From Polyangiales bacterium (lineage in GTDB: Bacteria > Myxococcota_A > Polyangia > Polyangiales > CBDCBC01): a DNA stretch of 64,000 nucleotides. The DNA is taken from the NCBI GenBank assembly GCA_965214225.1, contig OZ243942.1, forward strand, positions 712,298 through 776,297. The letters are read 5' to 3'. The notes under the pieces were generated by a model that was not told where the DNA came from, made no database searches, and saw only the letters and a list, made by a program, of their open reading frames with translations. Positions 52,998 through 62,844 of the stretch are shown one piece after another. A program made the translations under genes and the position numbers. Position 1 is the first letter of the stretch, and every line of letters starts with the position of its first letter.

Positions 52998-54158
52998 TCA
53001 AGCGCCGACCCGCAACCCTTGCGGCGCAGCAGCGGCTCCTTCTCGATGGCGGTCGCGCCAGGCGTCGACAACCTCATCATAGCGCTCCTCCAACACCTGC
53101 ACACGCTGTCGGTTGTCATACTCCCGCTCCATTTTTTCCCTACCGGCACGGCCGAGCTCGCGGCGGAGTTCAGCTGAGCCCGCCAGCCGGACAATATGCG
53201 CCGCCATGCCGCTCACATCACGCTCGGGCACGAGGTATCCCGTCTTACCATCGTCGATAATCTCAGGGATGCCTCCGTGTCGAGAGCCGATCGGAACGAC
53301 GTGACTCGCGCACGCCTCTTTAGCCACCATCAGGCCTGAGTCGCGATCCCCGTTGCTAGCTACAACGCTCGGAGCGAGCAGAATGTCGCTCGTGCTCAGC
53401 TGTTTGGCCACTTGGGAGCTTGAGAGGGATCCGAGCCAGCGGAGAGACTGACCCAGCTTGAGATCGTCGGCCAGCTGCCTGAGCTTGGACTCGAGCTTGC
53501 CTGAACCCACGATATCAAGACGCACATCTGCGCCATCCTGACGAGCTTTTGCAAAAGCTCGGATGCCGTATGCGAAACCCTTCTTCTCAATGAAACGTCC
53601 TACCATGAGGACGCGTGCTGTCTTTCTATCGTGCTGCGACGGCGAAAACCGTGAGAGCTCAAGCCCTAGGCGGTGAACCACCAACTTCTCGCGTGGAACG
53701 CCAAGCTCGAACAGCAACTCCCGAAGCTCATCCGATGCACAGAGCCCCAGCGCCATGTACCGAAGAAGCGCCTTGCTGCGCACCGCGTACGGCCAGAAGA
53801 CGGGTGAGAAGCGCCACCAGTCGCGGAACACCGCCACGTCGTAGCCGTGAAAGGTCACCACCAAGGGCAGATCGTGACGCTCGGCAAACGGCAGAGCGTA
53901 GCAACCACCCGTGCCAAAGTGCGCGTGAACCAACGCAAACTGCCTCTCTCTGAAGAGGCGATCGAAGCGACGACAGCGAGCTGTGGCGATGTATGACGGG
54001 TGGGCTACGTGAACCGGCTTATAGGGGAACCGCTTCTTGAGCATATGTCGCCATGCGAAAACATCCGCGTGGTAACGCCGGTGCGCAACGAGCTCGTTGT
54101 AGATGAAGGTCTGCGAGTAAGGTAGGAAGTACGTGGAGAAAACGGCAACGCGGCGCAT
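52998..54158 (-). CDS. GT4-family glycosyltransferase
   Basis: GT-B fold pattern (VTFHGYDV; VGRFIEKKGF; C-terminal ...KEACASHVVPIGSRHGGIPEIIDDGKTGYLVPERD). Confidence 0.75.
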   Translation of the reverse strand: MRRVAVFSTYFLPYSQTFIYNELVAHRRYHADVFAWRHMLKKRFPYKPVHVAHPSYIATARCRRFDRLFRERQFALVHAHFGTGGCYALPFAERHDLPLVVTFHGYDVAVFRDWWRFSPVFWPYAVRSKALLRYMALGLCASDELRELLFELGVPREKLVVHRLGLELSRFSPSQHDRKTARVLMVGRFIEKKGFAYGIRAFAKARQDGADVRLDIVGSGKLESKLRQLADDLKLGQSLRWLGSLSSSQVAKQLSTSDILLAPSVVASNGDRDSGLMVAKEACASHVVPIGSRHGGIPEIIDDGKTGYLVPERDVSGMAAHIVRLAGSAELRRELGRAGREKMEREYDNRQRVQVLEERYDEVVDAWRDRHREGAAAAPQGLRVGA

Positions 54159-54343
54159 GGAAATCCTCAAGTTTGGTCTGACATAGCAGAAAACACGTGC
54201 CGGAGCGGGTTGAACTAGCGCGGCCGCCTGCCGGCGCTCTGGCTACGTATGAGCTGACGCTCGCGCGACGCTTCAGCGCGGAAAGCATCGCCGCCGATTT
54301 ATCCTCCTTTGCGTACACGGTCGACCTAAGACATACCCTGGCT

Positions 54344-56998
54344 ATGGCACACAAAGATGTATTTCGTGTGGTCGATCCGGCTGCTCTCCCCAAGCACTTC
54401 GACGCACCTTCCGTCGAAACACGCCTCGACGCGCAGTGGCAAGAAAGCGGAATCTACACCTACAATAGCGACCGAGGCCGCGAGGAAACGTTCGCCGTGG
54501 ACACGCCGCCGCCAACGGTCTCTGGTTCGCTTCACGTAGGACATGTTTTCAGCTACACCCACACCGACATCATCGTGCGTCAACGACGCATGCGCGGGCA
54601 GAACATCTTCTACCCCATGGGGTGGGACGACAACGGACTTCCCACTGAACGGCGCGTCCAAAACCTCTTCCACGTTCGCTGCGACCCGTTCTTCACCGAG
54701 CCGACTGACATCGAGGCGATTGAGCCAGCTTCTGCAAAGATGCGGAAAGAAAGACCGCGGTCCGTCAGCCGAAGTGACTTCATCAAGCTCTGCTCAAGAG
54801 TCACCCTCGAGGACGAAAGGGCCTTCACGGAGCTCTTCCGCCGCGTGGGCCTTTCGGTGGACTGGAATGAGGAGTACGCAACCATCGGAGAGCGCGCACG
54901 GAAGCTTGCGCAGCTGAGTTTTCTCGACCTCTTTGAAAAAGGACATGTCTACAATCAAGAAGCCCCGACCATGTGGGATGTGGACTTCCAAACAGCGGTC
55001 GCGCAGGCTGAAGTTGAAGACCGCCCGACTCCCGGCGCCTACCACAAGCTCGCCTTCGAACTGCCCGCGAGCGGCGAGGAGTTTTTGATCGCAACCACGC
55101 GACCGGAACTTCTTCCCGCGTGCGTGGGAGTGACCGCGCACCCCGACGATGCGCGTTACCAAGCGCTCTTTGGTCAACATGCGCGTACACCGCTCTTTCA
55201 TGTCGATGTGCCCATCTTCCCCAGTGAGCTCGCCGACCCCAAGAAAGGAACGGGCATCGTTATGGTGTGCACGTTTGGCGATGCAAACGACGTAGAGTGG
55301 TGGAGAAAACAGAAGCTGGCGCTTAGGCAGATCGTAGGCCGCGATGGACGCCTGCTTCCCGTGAACTTCGGCAGCGACGCCTTCCCCTCATCCGACGCCA
55401 CCGCAGCCAACGAGAGCTACGCCGACCTGCAAGGCAAGACGCTGAAGAGCGCGAGAGGGCGCATCGTGGAGTTGCTCGCGCAGACAGACGGCGGAGAGCC
55501 TCCTCTTCGAGGAAAGCCGCAATCGATCGAGCACCCGGTGAAATACTTCGAAAAGGGCGACCGACCGCTGGAGATGATCACGACCCGCCAGTGGTTCGTG
55601 CGCTTGGTGAAGCAGAAGGAGGCGCTCCTCCAGCAGGGCGATGCTATCAAGTGGCATCCTGACTTCATGCGGCTCCGCTACCGCAACTGGACCGAGAACC
55701 TGCAGCTCGACTGGTGCATCAGCCGCCAGCGGTTTTTCGGTGTGCCATTTCCGGTCTGGTACCCGCTCGATACGCAGGGCGAGGTCGACTACGCGCACCC
55801 GATCCTAGCGGAGGAAGAGGCGCTGCCTCTCGACCCGATGACGTCCACGCCCGCCGGCTACCAAGAGTCTCAGCGGAACCAGCCCAATGGCTTCGTCGGC
55901 GAGTCGGATGTATTCGACACGTGGTTTACCAGTTCTCTGACTCCACAGATCGGCAGCGGTTGGATATTAGACCGAGAGCGGCACGACAAGCTCTTTCCAG
56001 CCGACATCAGACCTCAGAGCCACGAAATCATTCGAACCTGGGCCTTCTACACCATCGCCAAAGCGCTGCTGCATGAATCCAAGGTGCCGTGGCGTCATGT
56101 CGTTGTCTCGGGTTGGATCTTGGACCCCGACCGGAAGAAGATGTCGAAGAGCAAAGGCAACGTGATCACACCACTTCACTTGATCGACGCGTACACCGCG
56201 GACGGCGTGCGTTACTGGGCTGCCAGTGCGCGACTGGGAATGGACACAGCTTTCGATGAGAAGGTGCTCAAGTTGGGTCGGCGGTTGGTCACCAAGATCT
56301 ACAACGCTGGCAAGTTCGTGCTCTCTCAGGATGGCCGGCCTGGAGAAGTAACTGCTGAACTGGACCGAGGCTTCTTGGCTGCGCTTCGGGCACTCGTTGA
56401 GCGCGTAGACCGCCACTACGAAGCGTTCGACTTTGCGCACGCCTTTATGGACATCGAAAGCTTCTTTTGGCAGCAGTTTACTGACTCGTACCTCGAGCTG
56501 GTGAAGGCGCGGGCGCGCAGCGGCAGTGACCCAGTTGCCAGTGAATCAGTTGGCAGGAACTCGGCTGTTACCACCCTCCGGCTCGGTCTCGACATCCTGC
56601 TGCGGCTCTTTGCTCCCGTCCTTCCTTATGTAACGGAAGAGGTGTGGTCGTGGGCGTTCGCGGAGGAGAAGAACCAGCCGTCAATCCACCGCGCTCCATG
56701 GCCTTCCCTCAAGGAGCTGGAGGACATTCCCTCACCTCGTTTCGCACACGCCTTCACGCAAGCGGCCGCGTGTCTAACATCTATCAACAAGTTCAAAAGT
56801 GAGGCCGGCGCATCCGTGGGGCGCTCTCTCAAAGACCTTGTGATCAGCTGCCACCAAGATGAACTCCCTGCCCTAGATGCCGTCTTCGACGACATCACAT
56901 CAGCCGCACGGGGGCAAGATGCGGAACTCGTTCATTCATCGGAGCTCGAGCCCGGCGCATACCAGGTGTCCGCTGAGGTGCTACCGAAGGCTGTATAG
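54344..56998 (+). CDS. valS: valine--tRNA ligase
   Basis: HIGH-type motif (SLHVGHVFSY), KMSKS and the editing-domain region. Start set at ATG 54344 (MAHKDVFRVV), giving 884 aa. Confidence 0.95.
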   Translation: MAHKDVFRVVDPAALPKHFDAPSVETRLDAQWQESGIYTYNSDRGREETFAVDTPPPTVSGSLHVGHVFSYTHTDIIVRQRRMRGQNIFYPMGWDDNGLPTERRVQNLFHVRCDPFFTEPTDIEAIEPASAKMRKERPRSVSRSDFIKLCSRVTLEDERAFTELFRRVGLSVDWNEEYATIGERARKLAQLSFLDLFEKGHVYNQEAPTMWDVDFQTAVAQAEVEDRPTPGAYHKLAFELPASGEEFLIATTRPELLPACVGVTAHPDDARYQALFGQHARTPLFHVDVPIFPSELADPKKGTGIVMVCTFGDANDVEWWRKQKLALRQIVGRDGRLLPVNFGSDAFPSSDATAANESYADLQGKTLKSARGRIVELLAQTDGGEPPLRGKPQSIEHPVKYFEKGDRPLEMITTRQWFVRLVKQKEALLQQGDAIKWHPDFMRLRYRNWTENLQLDWCISRQRFFGVPFPVWYPLDTQGEVDYAHPILAEEEALPLDPMTSTPAGYQESQRNQPNGFVGESDVFDTWFTSSLTPQIGSGWILDRERHDKLFPADIRPQSHEIIRTWAFYTIAKALLHESKVPWRHVVVSGWILDPDRKKMSKSKGNVITPLHLIDAYTADGVRYWAASARLGMDTAFDEKVLKLGRRLVTKIYNAGKFVLSQDGRPGEVTAELDRGFLAALRALVERVDRHYEAFDFAHAFMDIESFFWQQFTDSYLELVKARARSGSDPVASESVGRNSAVTTLRLGLDILLRLFAPVLPYVTEEVWSWAFAEEKNQPSIHRAPWPSLKELEDIPSPRFAHAFTQAAACLTSINKFKSEAGASVGRSLKDLVISCHQDELPALDAVFDDITSAARGQDAELVHSSELEPGAYQVSAEVLPKAV

Positions 56999-57006
56999 CG
57001 TGAGAC

Positions 57007-57251
57007 ATCCCACCCAAACCAACCCCACCCAGGTTGATTTTGTAGTCAACGGTTTCGGTGTCGGCTCGATGGTAGGGTATGACCCAGCCTTGCCAGGTGT
57101 TGCCCCGGACGACCTACTTCATTTCTCGCCGCTGCTCAGAGCGCCGCTTTTTTTGCTTCCTAGCCCTCAGGTCAACCAGGTCTTTGGCTTTTGCTTGGCT
57201 CAGGCTGCCAAGCACACGACCATGTGGCACGTTACTGGCTGTCGGTGATTG
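57007..57251 (-). pseudogene. remnant of the 3' end of an ISAs1-family element (transposase C-terminal fragment plus terminal sequence)
   Basis: 57025-57195 is ~90% identical to 58129-58300, the 3' end of the ISAs1 copy. The minus-strand remnant reads ...ASNVPHGRVLGSLSQAKAKDLVDLRARKQKKRRSEQRREMK*, resembling ISAs1 transposase C-termini (GNAPEN..L....ALN.L...K.KRKKA). Confidence 0.6.
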
Positions 57252-57444
57252 CTAAGCATCGGGGAAATGTAGCATCTGTGGCTCCAGGTGCCCAACCTCT
57301 GCACTTGAGCAGAAACACCAAAAGCGGAGCCAACAGCAGCAGAGGGCGGACCGCTCCCGGCCCATAGGCTAAGGATTGACCCCCACCACGCGCACCTCCA
57401 GCCGGCTCAGCTGCTCAAGCGCCTCGGCTAGTGGAGGGCCGCCT

Positions 57445-57840
57445 CTACCAGATGCAGGAGACGCCGAAGGCTGCAAGTGCCGCATCTGTGGTGAGGAGCG
57501 GCATGTTCTCCGTAAGAGCTTGTGCCGCCAGCATACGGTCGAAGGGGTCCTTGTGTGGCTGCAGAAATCCCCCTGCGCGCTGAGCATGAACGACGCCGAT
57601 CGGCAGCTCCTTCATGCCTGCCCTAGCCAACCACCCGGACATATCCGACACCATTGGCGCGACTGATCGAATCTTACCGAGACGAAACTTGGTTGAAATC
57701 TCCCATGCCGAGGCACTCGAGACGTAGACGGCGTGACTCGGTTCGCTGATGATGCCTCTGGCTTTGGCTGATAGCTCAGGTGCGTCAAACAACCACCACA
57801 GCAGAGTGTGTGTGTCCAGCAGGTAGTTCACGGCTCCCAC
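57445..57840 (-). CDS. vapC: type II toxin, VapC family PIN-domain ribonuclease
   Basis: YLLDTHTLLWW N-terminus with conserved Asp, and C-terminal LLTTDAAL. 131 aa. Overlaps the antitoxin gene by 13 nt. Confidence 0.9.
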   Translation of the reverse strand: MGAVNYLLDTHTLLWWLFDAPELSAKARGIISEPSHAVYVSSASAWEISTKFRLGKIRSVAPMVSDMSGWLARAGMKELPIGVVHAQRAGGFLQPHKDPFDRMLAAQALTENMPLLTTDAALAAFGVSCIW

Positions 57841-58046
57841 TTCTCGAGCTCATCATCAGAGAGCGGGTCAAAAAACTGCGGCTCCAGCACCCCTTGAAGC
57901 AGCCCGGGTTGACGTGGCTCTGGAGACCCGAGGGGACACAAACGGGCGTAAGGCTTCCCGCTTTTGGCGATGATGATTTCCTCACCCGCGTGCGCCCGCT
58001 CAAGTAGCTTTGAGAAGTGGGTCTTCGCCTCGTGCACGTTGGTCAT
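57828..58046 (-). CDS. type II antitoxin, Phd/YefM family
   Basis: MTNVHEAKTHFSKLLERAHAGEEIIIAKSGKPYARL is a typical Phd/YefM N-terminal domain. 72 aa, immediately upstream of vapC. Confidence 0.88.
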   Translation of the reverse strand: MTNVHEAKTHFSKLLERAHAGEEIIIAKSGKPYARLCPLGSPEPRQPGLLQGVLEPQFFDPLSDDELEKWEP

Positions 58047-58124
58047 TCCTGATGATGACCAAGCGAGAGGACTAAGTCAACCTAAATGCCGAGCCCGATG
58101 CGAGTGCACGGTTGCAGAAAAGAC

Positions 58125-59273
58125 CATCCCACCCAGGTTGATTTTGTAGTCAACGGTTGCCGTGTCGGCTCGATGGTAGGGTATGACCCAGCCTCGCCAG
58201 GTGTTGCCCCGGACGACCTACTTCATTTCTCGCCGCTGCTCAGAGCGCCGCTTGTTCTTGCTTCCTAGCTCAAGAGTCAATCAGATCTTTGGCTTTTGCT
58301 CTACAGCCCAATGGGAGCGAATCGCCCCCGCGATGCGCTCGACTTGTTCAAAGGGCAGCGAGCAGAGATAGTAGCGCAACTCGGTCGTGGTTTTGTGGCC
58401 TGTGGTGCGAACCGATTTGATCTGGATGACCGAAGTGACCAGTTTGGCCCATAGCCCATGACTTTTGTCGGTTAGCCAGCCTGTGACATCCATGGCCGTG
58501 ACAGTAGACTGTTCCATGCGACCATGGGCCTTAGCGCTAGGGCACTGATGCACCGCGAAACGAGCCGGATGAAACGGCGGTTTGAAACATCCTTCGGTCA
58601 ACTTGTCAAAGCGCTTGCCCACCTGACGATACAGCGTTTTGTGATTGCTTTTGAGCGCCAGAAGAAAGTCGCCGCCCTGCTGACGGATTTGAGCGGCAAT
58701 GCTCTTCTGGCAGCCCATCGCGTCCATCGTCACCAAGCTGCCTCGGATATCAAGTAGCGGCAGAAGGGCTTGGATGGCTGCCACTTCGTTTTTCTTCGCT
58801 TCGGAGCCCATTTGGCCGAGCACCAAGTGTTCCGCAGTGCAAAAGGCACTGACCAGGTGGAGTGCGCTCTTTTGTGCGGCCCGATCAAACGTCCGCCGTA
58901 GGGTTTTGCCGTCAATCGCAATCACCCCTTGACCTGCCCTGGTGCGCAACGCTTCGCTCCAGTGGACAAGGCACTTTTGTAGCTCAGAAGGCTGCAGCAT
59001 CGATAGCACGCGACTGAGCGTGTCGTGCGACGGAATGCCACCGGGCAAGCGCAGAAACGTCCGAAGAAATGCCTCCTTCTCGCGAGCCCACGTCTCCACT
59101 AACACAAGAGACTTGGCTCCACACACCAAGCCCAGCACGATGATGACCAAGATGTCGTAGAGCAAGTGCACGCGCAGCTTGGGATGACGAGGGTCGTCAA
59201 CGTAGGACAGATGCTGCATCAGCGGGCAGTTCATCCGCTCTTGCGCGTCGATGGCCACAGGGGTTTGGTTCAT
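58125..59273 (-). mobile_element. defective ISAs1-family insertion sequence (5' boundary not determined)
   Basis: Contains the transposase ORF 58281-59273. The 3' terminal ~170 bp is repeated at 57025-57195. No matching inverted repeat was found upstream of 59273, so the left end is undefined. Confidence 0.7.
58281..59273 (-). pseudogene. ISAs1-family (H-repeat-associated, DDE) transposase, internally deleted at the C-terminus
   Basis: Family motifs DPRHPKLRVHLLYDIL, GIPSHDTLSRV, IAIDGKTLRRTFD, LHLVSAF, VTMDAMGCQKSIA and RYYLCSL..IRSHWAVE. The ORF then runs out of frame into the tail (QKPKI*), skipping the expected N.LHW.LDV.F.ED block. Confidence 0.8.
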
Positions 59274-59520
59274 GAAGGCCTCCTTCGCCCTTACCGGGCG
59301 CTTTGTGAGGCCTTCTTCAAGGTCACGTAACCTGCTGATTTGTCAAAATAAGGTATGCGATAGCCCTGGCGGGCCCGACGAGAAGTCTGGTAGTGGCATG
59401 TGTTTCGCATAGCAACTGAACCCACGCAATTAAAAGGACAAGTAAGGACAAGTAATGCCACTAATGACGAACCTGAAGACGCACTTCCGAAGCTGTAACA
59501 CCTACTCTCGGGCATACCAA

Positions 59521-60435
59521 ATGCCGCTGATAGCTGCCATCCTCATGTTAGCGGCGTCTTGTGCCACGGAATCTGACAACGGTGAAGCGTTGCTTGAACA
59601 GGGGCAGGATGAACAGCGTGACTGGCCATTGCTGGAACAAGAGGGAATGAACAGACCGTTCCACCTTATCGGCGATGTCTCACTCAGGTATTCTGCTGAG
59701 CGTGAAGAAGACGAAGCATACGATTTCGTCTGGACGACCCTCCAAGCGCGTCACTTCGACGGCTCGCCCGCTACCATCATACGCATGTCTCTAAGGGCCC
59801 TGTTCAATGACGGAACTGCTTCTGAATGGAAGACGAAGATTCCGGACGATTCGTATGTCTCTCACGATTCTGACATCTACATCTCATATCAGACGTACAA
59901 CAAACGCGTTGAGGCTGTCGACCTCGTGGTGAGCTCAGAGGCCGGGAGATCACGCTCCCGCTTGCAGCTTCCACCAAGGATAACGAATGCTGCGTTAGCG
60001 CGCGATTACCGAACTCTACGCATGACGTGGGATCCCGTGGAGTCGATCTCCCACCTCATGGCATTCCAAGAAGTCACCTTTGGGACTGAGTCCTTCTACA
60101 ACTGGACACACGATTACCGTATAACCGCCGAAGATGGCCAGGAAGCGTTCAAGTTATTCGTGGGCTACGTCGGCGAGGATGCCGACGGCGCGGGTCATCC
60201 AGTTACGCCCGACCTCGTAACCCTTGAGCGCGTGTCGCTCTACGATGCACACGCCAACGCACAACGCGACAGCCGGGCTCCCGCACCGGGATTCTTCGGC
60301 AAAAACATGTTTTCGGAACAGGCAAATGATGCGCCCAGTCATGGTGCCACTTACGCACTGCGCTCGAGCGTCTCATTGGATGTACCAGCCGGAGAATTGG
60401 CTCCGCCATCACTACCGCAGGACGCGTCATATTAG
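59521..60435 (+). CDS. hypothetical lipoprotein
   Basis: MPLIAAILMLAASC is a lipobox-like signal. Acidic mature protein with no family recognised. The ORF-track start at 59455 is an alternative. Confidence 0.55.
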   Translation: MPLIAAILMLAASCATESDNGEALLEQGQDEQRDWPLLEQEGMNRPFHLIGDVSLRYSAEREEDEAYDFVWTTLQARHFDGSPATIIRMSLRALFNDGTASEWKTKIPDDSYVSHDSDIYISYQTYNKRVEAVDLVVSSEAGRSRSRLQLPPRITNAALARDYRTLRMTWDPVESISHLMAFQEVTFGTESFYNWTHDYRITAEDGQEAFKLFVGYVGEDADGAGHPVTPDLVTLERVSLYDAHANAQRDSRAPAPGFFGKNMFSEQANDAPSHGATYALRSSVSLDVPAGELAPPSLPQDASY

Positions 60436-60658
60436 CCGAATCGTTACGGGTTGATCCTTGTCATCACGCGGAACGAGCCCGGGACGCTTTCATGCCGCAG
60501 TTGCTTTCCAAATCCGCTATGGACAGCACAAACCACGCCACCCAGGTTGATTTTTAGTCACTACTCATTCTGTGGGGGCCGGACCCCTCAGGCGTCAGCC
60601 TGATAATCAAACCTAAATCCGGCCTTCTCGCGCAGAGAATGCTCGTCATCCTCAAGCA

Positions 60659-60703
60659 TGGTTGCGGGGGCCGGATTTGAACCGACGACCTTCGGGTTAT
60701 GAG
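60659..60703 (-). pseudogene. 3' fragment (45 nt) of tRNA-fMet(CAU): anticodon loop to CCA, att-site-like
   Basis: The reverse complement reads ctcataacccgaaggtcgtcggttcaaatccggcccccgcaacca. This is identical to the 3' 45 nt of E. coli initiator tRNA-Met as I recall it. The upstream sequence (gcgcgtt...) cannot form the anticodon, D or acceptor stems. Confidence 0.85.
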
Positions 60704-60843
60704 AACGCGCCGTATTTCTTGCTGGCTGTGTTTCACCTTGTATTTTCAGGGTTATTCGAGGGTGTCCTCTTGTCAAGCTTGGGTTACTCGGCATAGATCG
60801 ATACACCTTTGGCCACAAGGATGGCCACAGCCAGGAGTACCCG

Positions 60844-61335
60844 ATGGAACATAAGCCGCTTCCCGACACCGATGAGGTGCGCGATGCACTCGCAACGGCG
60901 ATGACCGTGGCTGCCTGCTACCAACGCCGCATTGCCCTTTCCGACCAACCCAAGCACCAAGGCCGCGCAGACCAGATTCACGACGAAGCCGCCTTGAAGC
61001 TGATGCGAGACGTGATCGCAGCTTGCGAGACCTATGCCGAGGCCCACCGCGCCCGAATGGAGATATCCGTGAGCCCGGCACTCGTACGGGACGTTGCCAC
61101 CATCTACCGGGATGTCCGATCAAACCTGATTGGAGACAACGAGGCGTATGAGGAGCGAATGCGCGGGGTCTTTCGGGGGAAGGCGGTCACGCTCACGGGT
61201 TGGTCAAGTTCAGACCCTAATGCTTTCCTGTGCGAAGATTCGACAGCTCCGCGGTCCGAGAGAAGCCGCCCGCACAACGGTTGGCCGCCTCTTTGCGATC
61301 AAGTCGCGGGCGATGCACTACCGAGAAGAACGTGA
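60844..61335 (+). CDS. hypothetical protein
   Basis: The first ~120 aa are coding-like (helical, balanced). The tail is Arg/Pro-rich and may be spurious. No family recognised. Confidence 0.4.
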   Translation: MEHKPLPDTDEVRDALATAMTVAACYQRRIALSDQPKHQGRADQIHDEAALKLMRDVIAACETYAEAHRARMEISVSPALVRDVATIYRDVRSNLIGDNEAYEERMRGVFRGKAVTLTGWSSSDPNAFLCEDSTAPRSERSRPHNGWPPLCDQVAGDALPRRT

Positions 61336-61519
61336 TTCAGAACCGTGGTTCATGTTTCCACAAGCCTTCGGTGTCGGGCTCGGACGCAGCGGTTTGATTC
61401 GCTATGCCCTGCACCAGGTTGTCGCCCGCGCCTAATCCTGCGGCTTGCACCGCGCTGCATATCCTTGAAAAGGCATCGATGAGGACTTCCAGCAACATCG
61501 AAAGCGAAAGCTCGGCAGC

Positions 61520-62844
61520 ATGACCCGAACCCTTACGCTTGATGCATTGCGGACAGACTTGATAGCTCGGTGGAAGACCGCACTCGGACGTCGTGCAGAA
61601 GTCACCTCCGCAACGGCCGACGCAGTGAACACGGTATATACGCAATATACGGCGTTCCAGCTCGAAAACTATTCGCTGAAAAAGTTCAACCCGGCGCACG
61701 AACAACAAAGAGTCCGAGTCCAGATGGAGACGACTATGTCTTCGAGATCGATTCCGATGGCCGTCCTCTGCGAGTCCACTATTCGCACACCGTCAACCGG
61801 ACCGACTGGGAAGGCGGTTACCTCTACGGTCCTGACGAGGTCGAACACATTGAGTTTTGCAAGCAGACTGGCGTTCCCAGTCTGTACAACCGGCTAGTCC
61901 TTTCAGATTCCTTCGTCATCGCGGAGCAGCGATTTGTTTGCAACTCCGGCGGATCCGGCAAGTTGTTCACGAAGGGCACGCCCGCAGAAAAGGCTAACCG
62001 GATCCTAGAAGATCCTCACGGCCACTTCATCTCCATCACGCGCTTTCATATTGAAAATGGAGCAACAAAATCCGCGGAAGAACTCCACGTGACTGGCGGT
62101 AGCGTCTACAAGCCGACCCGAGAGTACATTTACGCTGACAACGCTTTGCAGCGAATCGTTCAGCACCGGCCAGAAGGAGAGCAGAGGACGTTATTTGCCG
62201 CTCGGACGAAGAAACGCTCGCTTCGTGACCTGAGTGAAGTTCTGTCGGAGAAAATCGCAGACGCTGTCCTGGCCCACATTCGCGACGCCGCGTTTGGTTC
62301 GCGGCTCATCGCGCTCGAACTCAACTACCGCGAATACGACCGTCCGATTCCGCACTTGATCCCGCTTACCGAGGAGGACAGCGTCGATTCCCTCGCTCTG
62401 GCGGCAGAAATCAAACCCAATCGCTGGATTGCACTCGTTGAGGAGGACTTCGTCCCAGAAATCACTGAGTTCACCGAACGTGTCAAAGCGAAAGAAAATG
62501 TGACGGCGATTCCGAAGATGCTCAGGAAGGCTGCTACTTTAGTCACGCAGAACGCTCCGTCTCTGCCGTGCACGGCAGATGGGTTTGTGGCGTACGCAAT
62601 CGAATGGGAAATCGAGGGTGACCAGATTCGCAAGATCCTGAAACAGTGTGGGGCACCGGCGACTCGGATGAAAGAATGGACCTTCTCTTCTAAATCCATC
62701 CCTGCCACGGGATCAGCTCCATCACAAGCGGCGATGACGTCGGTGGGCTCGCCCAGCAGCATCCGCTCCATCTTCATGATTTCGTGCCCGGCGCGGACGG
62801 TCCGCTCCACTACCCTGGCCAACCGGTCGAGGATGGAAACCTGA
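61520..62844 (+). pseudogene. hypothetical gene disrupted by a frameshift near 61695-61712, with a probably non-native 3' end
   Basis: Frame of 61520 is coding-like up to ...KKFNPAHEQQ. Frame of 61570 becomes coding-like from KSPSPDGDDYVFEIDSDGRPL... to ~62650 (..QIRKILKQCG). After that the composition turns Ser/Thr/Arg-rich. Confidence 0.45.

Noticed and set aside
60659-60740. Intact tRNA-Met gene on the minus strand
   Set aside because: Only the 3' 45 nt match. The 5' region (cacagccagcaagaaatacggcgcgtt) cannot form acceptor, D or anticodon stems, so it is recorded as a fragment.
61337-61708. 123-aa minus-strand ORF between the 60844 gene and the frameshifted gene
   Set aside because: Its 5' half is antisense to the coding-like 61520 frame and is Cys/Arg-rich. 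Its 3' third (AELSLSMLLEVLIDAFSRICSAVQAAG...) is ambiguous. There is no RBS or motif to decide, so it is left unannotated.
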